A DNA stretch of 64,000 bases from an uncultured Alloprevotella sp. (lineage in GTDB: Bacteria; Bacteroidota; Bacteroidia; Bacteroidales; Bacteroidaceae): assembly GCA_944322325.1 (NCBI GenBank), contig CALUOQ010000006.1:75134-139133 (forward strand). The letters are read 5' to 3'. Positions 37,069 to 44,351 of this stretch are shown here, in pieces. The notes under the pieces were generated by a model. It saw only the letters and a list, made by a program, of their open reading frames with translations. It had not been told where the DNA came from and ran no database searches. Each line of letters opens with the position of its first letter. Position 1 is the first letter of the stretch. Position numbers and translations under genes: made by a program.

Positions 37069-38961
37069 TCAATTTCCTTGCTTCAGAAAAACCTGTTCGA
37101 TGTAGTCGATAAACGCTTGGTTGACTTTCTTGTTTCCACCTGGCGTCGGATATGTGCCGCTGAAGTACCAGTCTCCGGGATGATTCGGGCAGGCCCGGTG
37201 AAGCCCCTCGAGCGACTGGTAAACGATACGTACCTCAGCCTGAATCTCGGCCGGACGCAACATGACCGCCATCTTGCGGGAAATGTCCTCTTGGGTGAAG
37301 GGGTCGTAAATAGCCGTCACGTAGTTGACGATTTCCTCCTTCGGCTTGTCCTGTTGTGCCTTACACTTTTCGTAGATGTCCATGACGTATTTCCGCTCGC
37401 CCCGATCCTTGAGCAGCTCGATGGCGGCCTTGAAAGCGATGAACTCGTTCATCTGCGCCATGTCTATGCCGTAATAGTCGGGGAAGCGCACCTGCGGCGA
37501 CGACGATACGATGACGATACGTTTCGGGTGCAGGCGGTCAAGGATGCGGATGATGCTTTCGCGCAACGTCGTTCCGCGTACGATACTGTCGTCAATGATG
37601 ACGAGGTTGTCCGTGAACGGCCGAAGGCTTTGGTACGTAATGTCGTACACGTGCGCCGCCAGGTCGTTCCGGCTGTTTCCCTCTGCAATGAAAGTCCGCA
37701 TCTTGATGTCCTTCCATGCCACCTTCTCCGCGCGGATCTTGCGACTCAGGATGCGCTGTAGCTCCTCGTCGCTCGCATTGCCCTGCAACTCCTTGATGGC
37801 CGCTATTTTCTGCTTGTTCAGGTAGCTGTCGAAACCCGAGAGCATACCGTAGAAAGCCGCCTCGGCCGTATTGGGGATAAAGGAGAAGACCGTGTTGTCC
37901 AGGTCGCCGTCGATGGCGTCAAGGATAGCCGGGACCAGCAGCCGGCCCAGCTCCTTGCGTTCCCGGTAAATGTCGCAGTCGCTTCCGCGGCTGAAGTAAA
38001 CGCGCTCGAAGGAGCAGGCCGCATATTTCTTAGGCTCGATAATTTGCTCAAGGCGGATTTCGCCCCGTTTGTCGACGAAGATGGCCTCGCCGGGACGGAG
38101 TTCGTGCACCGTGTCGGCCTCGACGTCGAGCGTAGTCTGAATCACGGGGCGCTCGGAGGCCAGGACCATGATTTCGTCGTCCTTGTACCAGAAGGCCGGA
38201 CGTATGCCCCACGGGTCGCGCATGGCCATCGTCTCGCCGCTGCCCGTGATGCCGCAGAGCACATAACCGCCGTCCCATATCGGGGCCGACGTACGCAACA
38301 CGTTGGCCAGGTTGATGTGGTCCTCGATGTACAGGGTGATGTCCGTACCCGTCAGTCCCTGCCCCACGGCCTCCTGAAAGAGGCGCTCACTCTCCCGGTC
38401 CAGCCGATGACCGATTTGCTCGAGCATGATGTAAGTGTCCGAGTACATGCGGGGATGCTGGCCGCTGGCCGCTATACTCCCGAATATCTCGTCGACGTTG
38501 GTCATGTTGAAATTGGCGCAGATGCACAGGTTTTTGGCCCGCCAGTTGTTACGCCGAAGGAAAGGATGGACATAAGAAAGGCCACTCTTCCCTGTCGTAG
38601 AATAGCGAAGGTGGCCCATATAGATTTCGCCGGCAAAGGGGATATGGCGCTCAGCATACGCCGCGTCCTCCAGCTGCTCCTTCGGATAGTCCCGGAAACG
38701 CCCGTGGACGTTGGCGAATATCTCCTGGATAGCGCCCGAACCGAGCGCCCGCTCTCTGAACATGTATTCCTCTCCCGGAGCCGCTGCCATCTTTACACAA
38801 GCCAGTCCGGCCCCTTCCTGTCCTCGGTTGTGCTGCTTCTCCATCATCAGGTAGAGCTTGTTCAGACCATACAACCAGGTACCGTATTTTTCCTGATAGT
38901 AGCTCATGGGCTTCAACAGCCGCACCACGGCTACTCCGCATTCATGTTTTAATGGTTCCAT
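37069..38961 (-). CDS. purF: Amidophosphoribosyltransferase (long Bacteroidetes form)
   Basis: ORF 37069..39270. The real start is ATG 38961 (MEPLKHECGVAVV, Ntn Cys shortly after the start). The PRT motif 'VIIDDSIVRGTT' is present. The ORF's N-terminal extension runs through repeat A7 and a -7 box. Confidence 0.9.
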   Translation of the reverse strand: MEPLKHECGVAVVRLLKPMSYYQEKYGTWLYGLNKLYLMMEKQHNRGQEGAGLACVKMAAAPGEEYMFRERALGSGAIQEIFANVHGRFRDYPKEQLEDAAYAERHIPFAGEIYMGHLRYSTTGKSGLSYVHPFLRRNNWRAKNLCICANFNMTNVDEIFGSIAASGQHPRMYSDTYIMLEQIGHRLDRESERLFQEAVGQGLTGTDITLYIEDHINLANVLRTSAPIWDGGYVLCGITGSGETMAMRDPWGIRPAFWYKDDEIMVLASERPVIQTTLDVEADTVHELRPGEAIFVDKRGEIRLEQIIEPKKYAACSFERVYFSRGSDCDIYRERKELGRLLVPAILDAIDGDLDNTVFSFIPNTAEAAFYGMLSGFDSYLNKQKIAAIKELQGNASDEELQRILSRKIRAEKVAWKDIKMRTFIAEGNSRNDLAAHVYDITYQSLRPFTDNLVIIDDSIVRGTTLRESIIRILDRLHPKRIVIVSSSPQVRFPDYYGIDMAQMNEFIAFKAAIELLKDRGERKYVMDIYEKCKAQQDKPKEEIVNYVTAIYDPFTQEDISRKMAVMLRPAEIQAEVRIVYQSLEGLHRACPNHPGDWYFSGTYPTPGGNKKVNQAFIDYIEQVFLKQGN

Positions 38962-38982
38962 CCTTGTCAGCCGATTTAGCGG

Positions 38983-38990
38983 CAAAGGTA
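38983..38990 (-). promoter_or_regulatory. -7 box TACCTTTG upstream of purF
   Basis: The minus strand reads TTTGTATTACCTTTGCCG, the same 18-mer as at gdhA. It lies 21 nt upstream of ATG 38961. Confidence 0.5.
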
Positions 38991-39090
38991 ATACAAAAAA
39001 GCGAAATTCCGGGCGAATCGCCCAACTATGATTGAAACTTCGCAAAAGGCGGGAATTTATGCGCCCTTTTTCCTTGTCCCCACAACCGCA

Positions 39091-39187
39091 GTCCCCGGAA
39101 ACAACAAGTACTACGACAGAAAATCCTATCGTAGTCCCAGAAATTTCTGTCGTAGTACTTGTAAAAATGGACGTAGTCACGTAAAAG
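39091..39187. repeat. Family-A element, copy A7
   Basis: 'caagtactacgacagaaaatcctatcgtagtcccagaaatttctgtcgtagtacttgtaaaaatggacgtagtcacgtaaaa'. Confidence 0.8.
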
Positions 39188-39416
39188 CGCGCCAAAGACA
39201 AGTCCAATTCCCCGACTACCGGCGAAACTCCAATCGCCGGTATCCTTACTTTAAGCGACAGTGGAGACATATATAAATAAAGGTGTGGCCCGACGCCCGC
39301 CTATGCCATTCAAGCCACAGCAAAAGCCGTCGGTCCTATGCCACCCCGAGGCGGCGCTCAAAACTTTGTCAGGACGAAATTCGGCAGTCGGGCACGGCCA
39401 TGTCGCGGCTTTGTCG

Positions 39417-39424
39417 TAAATTTG
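39417..39424 (+). promoter_or_regulatory. -7 box TAAATTTG
   Basis: 34 nt upstream of ATG 39459. Confidence 0.45.
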
Positions 39425-39458
39425 CACGGAGACTTTTCATATAATCACAAACAGAAAG

Positions 39459-40178
39459 ATGAAAAAGACTAAACTTTCCGTATTCACTCTCTGCGCCGCG
39501 CTGGTGCTGAGTGGATGTAGCAGCATGAACAACAAGACTAAGGGCGGCCTCATCGGCACCGGTTCGGGCGCCGCCTTGGGTAGCATCATCGGCGGCTTGG
39601 CCGGCAAGGGCAAGGGCGCCGCTATCGGAGCTGCCGTAGGTGCTGCTGTCGGCGCAGGCGCCGGCGTGCTCATCGGAAACCGCATGGACAAGGCCAAGGC
39701 TGCCGCCGAGGAAATCGAAAGCGCCCAGGTAGAGACCGTAACGGACAACAACGGACTTCAGGCCGTGAAGGTGACGTTCGACTCGGGCATCCTCTTTGCC
39801 ACGGGCGACGCGACCCTCAGCACGTCGGCCAAGGCCGCACTGAGCAAGTTTGCCGCCAACGTCCTGAGCAAGAACACCGATATGGACGTGGCTATCCAGG
39901 GCTACACCGACAACCAGGGCTGGAAGAACTCCACCGCCGAGCAGAGCCGCCAGAAGAACATCGACCTCTCGCAGGTGCGCGCCCAGAGCGTGCAAAGCTA
40001 CCTGCTGAGCTGCGGCGTGGCTTCCTCGCAAATCAAATCCGTCGAAGGACTGGGCGAAGCCAACCCTGTAGCGTCCAACGACACCAAGGAGGGACAGCAA
40101 CAGAACCGCCGCGTAGAGGTTTATCTGTACGCCAGCCAGGCCATGATTGAGGCCGCAGAAAACGGCACACTGAAATAA
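39459..40178 (+). CDS. OmpA family lipoprotein with glycine-zipper segment
   Basis: 239 aa. Has a lipobox 'LVLSGC', a Gly-zipper 'GGLIGTGSGAALGSIIGGLAGKGKGAAIGAAVGAAVGAGAGVLIG', and the OmpA_C motif 'AIQGYTDNQG...NRRVEVYL'. Confidence 0.8.
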   Translation: MKKTKLSVFTLCAALVLSGCSSMNNKTKGGLIGTGSGAALGSIIGGLAGKGKGAAIGAAVGAAVGAGAGVLIGNRMDKAKAAAEEIESAQVETVTDNNGLQAVKVTFDSGILFATGDATLSTSAKAALSKFAANVLSKNTDMDVAIQGYTDNQGWKNSTAEQSRQKNIDLSQVRAQSVQSYLLSCGVASSQIKSVEGLGEANPVASNDTKEGQQQNRRVEVYLYASQAMIEAAENGTLK

Positions 40179-40192
40179 CTGGCCATCGAAGC

Positions 40193-40236
40193 ACAAGGCG
40201 AGGGGTGAGCGGACGTCCGTTCACCCCTCGCCTTGT
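40193..40236. terminator. Bidirectional terminator hairpin (OmpA / GH25 convergent pair)
   Basis: Perfect 16-bp stem acaaggcgaggggtga / tcacccctcgccttgt with a 12-nt loop. Confidence 0.65.
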
Positions 40237-40257
40237 TTCATGTTGCAGGAGGCCGGA

Positions 40258-41076
40258 TCAATGCAACAGGATGTCGCCCAGATGGTAGCCGTTCATCAGC
40301 CGGCTGCGGTCCACGTTGCCCTCGATACCCGTGACGCGCCCCTTGGCGGTGTATTGCCAGATGACGTAATCCTTCCCGTCGTTCAACGTGGGTTCATCCT
40401 CGCGATAGCGGGCAATCATCCACTTGCAGTCGGGGAAAAGACCGACCAAGTGACGATTATAAAAGTTGTGGAACGTATAGAGCAAGGGCTTCTTCCCATA
40501 AACCTCGGTCACCTTCGCAATAAAACTGCGCAAGTCGTTCACGAACTTCTCGCGCGAACAGCTGCCGCGGTGCTCGATGTCGATGATGGGGAGCAAATCC
40601 TGCTCGCCGGGCTTCACGGTGGACGTAAGGTTCTCGAGCTGCTCCTGCCAGTCGGTGCCCGGCCGATAGAAGTGGTAGCTGCCCACTTTCAGTCCTACGC
40701 GCCGCGCCTCAGCCAGGTTGCGCGCATACGTGTCGTCGACGAGCGTGGCCCCCTCGGTCGCTTTCAGGTAGGCGTACGATATGTTTTCGCCTGCAGCCAC
40801 GGCGTCCCAGTCAATCGAACCCTGATAGTGAGACACGTCGATGCCCTCCTTGCTGGCCCAAGCGTAGTCGTGCGAAACACCCGGATGCTCCGCCGCAGCC
40901 ATAAGGGGCGCATGGCGTCCCGGCTTGGCGGCCATCGCGTCCGGCTCGCGCTGGGCAATCAGCACCAGGTCGTACCGCTTCCTATCCCTGTCGCGCTTGC
41001 GCGCATGACTCAAGGCGGGAAAACACATCATCCCCGCCAACAGACCTATCGCCAGACGGCGTGCCGTTATTTTCAT
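40258..41076 (-). CDS. GH25 muramidase (lysozyme), secreted
   Basis: 272 aa with a signal peptide. 'GIDVSHYQGSIDW', 'AYLKATEG' and 'GSYHFY' are GH25 signatures. Confidence 0.85.
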   Translation of the reverse strand: MKITARRLAIGLLAGMMCFPALSHARKRDRDRKRYDLVLIAQREPDAMAAKPGRHAPLMAAAEHPGVSHDYAWASKEGIDVSHYQGSIDWDAVAAGENISYAYLKATEGATLVDDTYARNLAEARRVGLKVGSYHFYRPGTDWQEQLENLTSTVKPGEQDLLPIIDIEHRGSCSREKFVNDLRSFIAKVTEVYGKKPLLYTFHNFYNRHLVGLFPDCKWMIARYREDEPTLNDGKDYVIWQYTAKGRVTGIEGNVDRSRLMNGYHLGDILLH

Positions 41077-41304
41077 TAAGATAATCTAATTCAACGTAGT
41101 GCTTGCAAACTTACGGATTCCCTTACAAACTACGAAGGATTATATATTAATAATCATCAATAAACCTGCGCTCCCTTCCCTGCGACGCCATAAATTCCGC
41201 GAAAGCCTGCCGCGTATCGCCCGCCCTTGTCGTCTTTACAAACTTTATCACAGAAAAAAGTACTTTTTCGATACAATAATTTTGTTCGTTTCCCGATAAA
41301 ACAG

Positions 41305-41312
41305 TACCTTTG
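41305..41312 (+). promoter_or_regulatory. -7 box TACCTTTG
   Basis: It overlaps the first (TTG) codon of ORF 41310..41663, which pushes the start to ATG 41325. Confidence 0.4.
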
Positions 41313-41324
41313 CGAAAAGTAACG

Positions 41325-41663
41325 ATGCCAGCTATGTCTATTACGACCATACATAAAGTTCTTCTTGCCTCGCTGCTTTCGCTGATGGGGAGCGGAATGG
41401 TCACGATTTCTGCTACCTCCGAGACGGGTGCGGAAGCCATAATGGACGCCCTGCCTGCCAAGGAAATCCGCATCACCAAGAGTGGCCTGAACATCCGCGT
41501 GCAAAACGCGGGAGGTCAGACGCTGGAAATCTTCAACATTACGGGGAAACGGATTTCGACCTGCAAAATCGACAGCAACGACAAGACCGTCACGCTCAAT
41601 CAGGGCGAGCGTTGCTACATCCTCAGGATTAATAAATTCGTCCGCAAAATTTCCGTGCCCTGA
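41325..41663 (+). CDS. Small secreted hypothetical protein with T9SS-CTD-like tail
   Basis: About 112 aa with a signal peptide 'ITTIHKVLLASLLSLMGSGMVTISA'. The C-terminal 'LEIFNITGKRISTCKIDSNDKTVTLNQGERCYILRI' resembles Por secretion-tail beta strands. This is a weak call. Confidence 0.4.
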   Translation: MPAMSITTIHKVLLASLLSLMGSGMVTISATSETGAEAIMDALPAKEIRITKSGLNIRVQNAGGQTLEIFNITGKRISTCKIDSNDKTVTLNQGERCYILRINKFVRKISVP

Positions 41664-41751
41664 CAGGCACACGGCTCGCCCTGCTGCCCACGCACGCTCC
41701 ATAAACGCGGCGTCACGTAAAACCATATAACTTCCGTCCCTTATTTCCCTT

Positions 41752-42300
41752 ATGCCAAAGCTCAGCGACGCCGACTTGCTACAGCGACTGCAAGACGCCA
41801 CGACGCGCCGCGAGGCTTTCGAATTGATGGTCAGGCGGTACACGCGTCCCCTCTACCAGCAAATACGCCGCATGGGGCTGACGCACGACGACACCGACGA
41901 CCTGCTGCAAAATACCTTTATGAAAGCCTGGACGGGGCTTGACTCCTTTCGGGGCGAAGCCAAGCTCTCGACGTGGCTCTACCGGATTGCAATCAACGAG
42001 AGCCTTACTTTTTTGAGCAAGAACAAGGCCGTGGCCTCCTTGGACGACGCCGACGCCGCCCATAGCGCCGAGAGCATCGAGGGCGACCGCTACTTCGACG
42101 CCGACCGCACCGCCCGACTCTTCCAGGCGGCCCTCGCCACCTTGCCCGACAAGCAACGCCTCGTATTCAACCTGAAGTACTTCGACGAAATGAAGTACGA
42201 GGACATGGAAACCCTGCTGGGCACAAGCGTAGGCGCCCTGAAAGCCTCTTACCACATTGCCGTTAAAAAAATCGAAGCTTTTTTTAACGAGCACGATTAA
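41752..42300 (+). CDS. ECF-type RNA polymerase sigma-70 factor
   Basis: 182 aa. Region 2 is 'DDTDDLLQNTFMKAWTGLDSFRGEAKLSTWLYRIAINESL' and region 4 is 'LPDKQRLVFNLKYFDEMKYEDMETLLGTSVGALKASYHIAVKKI'. Confidence 0.85.
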   Translation: MPKLSDADLLQRLQDATTRREAFELMVRRYTRPLYQQIRRMGLTHDDTDDLLQNTFMKAWTGLDSFRGEAKLSTWLYRIAINESLTFLSKNKAVASLDDADAAHSAESIEGDRYFDADRTARLFQAALATLPDKQRLVFNLKYFDEMKYEDMETLLGTSVGALKASYHIAVKKIEAFFNEHD

Positions 42301-42356
42301 ACCAAACAAAAATTCGGCAGTCACACTCATAGAACCACATAGAGAGGAAATTCGTC

Positions 42357-42752
42357 ATGAAACAGAAGTTCGACATCCGCACACTGGAGAAATCCAAACT
42401 GGAGGCGTCTTTCAACCCTCCCGATAACTACGTCGACAACTTCACGACGCGATTGATGCAACAGATTCCGGCGGAGGCAGTCCAACCGGGGGCGTCGTCC
42501 CCCGTAAGTCCCCGTCGCCGGCTCTATCTTCGCCTCAAGGTCGGCCTCGGCGTAGCAGCCGTCATGGGCGGCGTGGCGTTCTGCCTGTTCGCCGGGCTCC
42601 GCCACCACACGCCGGCAACCCAGCCGCAAATGTCCGCCCAGACCGCGGCAGCCCCATCCAGCAGCTACAACGAGAACTACTTCGACGAAGTCTACACCTA
42701 CGCCATGCTGGACGACTACGACGTTTATGATTACCTCGCAGAGGATTATTAA
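42357..42752 (+). CDS. Putative anti-sigma/membrane protein
   Basis: 131 aa with a single TM helix (LKVGLGVAAVMGGVAFCLFAGL), immediately downstream of the ECF sigma gene. Function is inferred from position only. Confidence 0.4.
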   Translation: MKQKFDIRTLEKSKLEASFNPPDNYVDNFTTRLMQQIPAEAVQPGASSPVSPRRRLYLRLKVGLGVAAVMGGVAFCLFAGLRHHTPATQPQMSAQTAAAPSSSYNENYFDEVYTYAMLDDYDVYDYLAEDY

Positions 42753-42759
42753 TTTTCGC

Positions 42760-43227
42760 ATGAAAGCACTCCCCCTCTTTTTCTTTGCCGCAATGTGGCT
42801 TGTCAGCCCGAGCGTGCAAGCCGACGAACAGCAAAAAGCACCGCGCACCACCCAAGGCCGCATGTTCTCACCACAGCAGTTCAAGCGGGCGCAGGAAGAC
42901 TTCATCACCCGCGAGGCCGGCATCACGCCCTTGGAGGCCACGCAGTTTTTCCCCCTGTTTCAGGAGCTGAAAAGCCAGCAACGCGCGCTCAACAAGCAGA
43001 TGCGCGAATGTACCCGCCGTTCGCGCGCAGTCGGCCTTACGGAGGAAGAGGCAGAAAGCCTGCTGGGCAAACTGGACGAACTGAACCAGAAAAAATTGAA
43101 GCTGGAAAGCGATTTTCACCAGAAGAGCCGAAAAATTATCGGAGCGCGCAAAATGCTGAAGGTTATCTCAGCCGAGCGCCGCTTTGACCGGCAAATTCTG
43201 CACAAAATGATGGATAGAAAAAAGTAA
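42760..43227 (+). CDS. Periplasmic Spy/CpxP-like (LTXXQ-type) helical protein
   Basis: ORF 42727..43227, start at ATG 42760 (MKALPLFFFAAMWLVSPSVQA signal peptide). Helical and charge-rich, with 'FFPLFQELKSQQRAL'. The family call is tentative. Confidence 0.45.
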   Translation: MKALPLFFFAAMWLVSPSVQADEQQKAPRTTQGRMFSPQQFKRAQEDFITREAGITPLEATQFFPLFQELKSQQRALNKQMRECTRRSRAVGLTEEEAESLLGKLDELNQKKLKLESDFHQKSRKIIGARKMLKVISAERRFDRQILHKMMDRKK

Positions 43228-43263
43228 GTCAGGGCAACCCGCTCGTGGCTCAAAACAAACGAC

Positions 43264-43307
43264 AGTGCGGCAACGCGAAACCCCATCGGCGCTGCCGCAC
43301 TTTTTTT
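43264..43307 (+). terminator. Rho-independent terminator
   Basis: Stem agtgcggca / tgccgcact followed by TTTTTTT. Confidence 0.7.
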
Positions 43308-43342
43308 ATCTGCTCTCCTTCCGGCCGGCCGCCTGCCCCGGC

Positions 43343-44260
43343 TCATTTTTTCGGTTCCACGTGAATGTTTATCAGCGTATTTTGTCCCAAAACCTCGCGA
43401 AGTTTTTTCTCGATCGCCGTTGCCGTCTCGTGGGCTTGCCTCAGGGGCATGTCGCCGTCCATCCGCACGTGCATCTCCAGCGAAACGTAACTGCCGATGC
43501 GCCGCGTGCGCAGATGGTGGGGCTCGCTGACTTCCGGAAAGGAGAGCACGGTTTCCTCAATCCGTCGCTCCACGTCGTCGGGCAGCGACTCGTCCAGCAG
43601 CTCGCCGACACAGGGCCCCAGCAGCTGTATGGAAGTTTTCATGATGAAAAAGCTGACCACCACGGCGGCTATGGGGTCGAGCACGCGCCAGCTTTCGCCC
43701 AGCAGTATGGCTCCGCCGATACCGACGGCCGTCCCGATGGACGAAAACGCGTCACTCCTGTGGTGCCATGCGTTAGCGACGACGGCCTGCGACTGCGTGC
43801 GGCGCCCCACAATCACAGTGTACTGATAAAGCAGCTCCTTGGAAACGATGGACACAACAGCGGCAATCAGGGCCACCATGCCGGGCTCTTCCAGCGGCTC
43901 ACCGTGCAGCACGCCCACGATAGCCGACGCGCCGTTCCAGAATATACCGAAGCCTACGAAAAGCAGCAACAAGCCGATGATGGCCGTCGCCAGTGTTTCG
44001 TATTTGCCGTGCCCGTAATCATGGTCCTTGTCCTCGGGTTTTCCGGATATGCGCACGAACACGATGACCACAATGTCCGTCGCAAAATCCGACAAGGAAT
44101 GGACGGCATCGGCAAGCATGGCCGCGCTGTTCCCTACGAAACCGGCCACGAACTTAAAGACAAGCAACAGCAGGTTGACGATACTGCCTGCCAGTGTAAC
44201 CCTGAAAATGCGGCGCTCGCGCGAAGGGTCGGGCGTCGTACGACTTACATTTTCCATCAT
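43343..44260 (-). CDS. Cation diffusion facilitator (CDF) family transporter
   Basis: 305 aa with six TM helices. 'SAAMLADAVHSLSDF' and 'NAWHHRSDAFSS' are the CDF metal-site motifs. A C-terminal cytoplasmic domain is present. Confidence 0.9.
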   Translation of the reverse strand: MMENVSRTTPDPSRERRIFRVTLAGSIVNLLLLVFKFVAGFVGNSAAMLADAVHSLSDFATDIVVIVFVRISGKPEDKDHDYGHGKYETLATAIIGLLLLFVGFGIFWNGASAIVGVLHGEPLEEPGMVALIAAVVSIVSKELLYQYTVIVGRRTQSQAVVANAWHHRSDAFSSIGTAVGIGGAILLGESWRVLDPIAAVVVSFFIMKTSIQLLGPCVGELLDESLPDDVERRIEETVLSFPEVSEPHHLRTRRIGSYVSLEMHVRMDGDMPLRQAHETATAIEKKLREVLGQNTLINIHVEPKK

Positions 44261-44286
44261 TTCTGCACTTCAGCCTAAATACGCTG

Positions 44287-44294
44287 CAAAAGTA
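44287..44294 (-). promoter_or_regulatory. -7 box TACTTTTG upstream of the CDF gene
   Basis: 26 nt upstream of ATG 44260. Confidence 0.45.
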
Positions 44295-44351
44295 ACAAGA
44301 AAAGTCCGCACACGGCCAGACCGAAGCGCCGATTCCGTCCGTCGCGGCCGA

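Noticed and set aside
37069-39270. Long N-terminal extensions of several track ORFs: purF 733 aa, OmpA 646 aa (18087..20027), trm 293 aa (57034..57915), malQ 885 aa and mutL 650 aa
   Set aside because: The purF, trm and malQ extensions run through intergenic repeats and/or TAnnTTTG promoter boxes. The OmpA extension adds Arg/Gly/Ala-rich text ahead of the clean signal peptide at ATG 19274 and overlaps the 3' end of mutL. The mutL extension overlaps the upstream OstA-like gene by 87 nt. In each case an internal start gives a canonical conserved N-terminus or a clean signal peptide.
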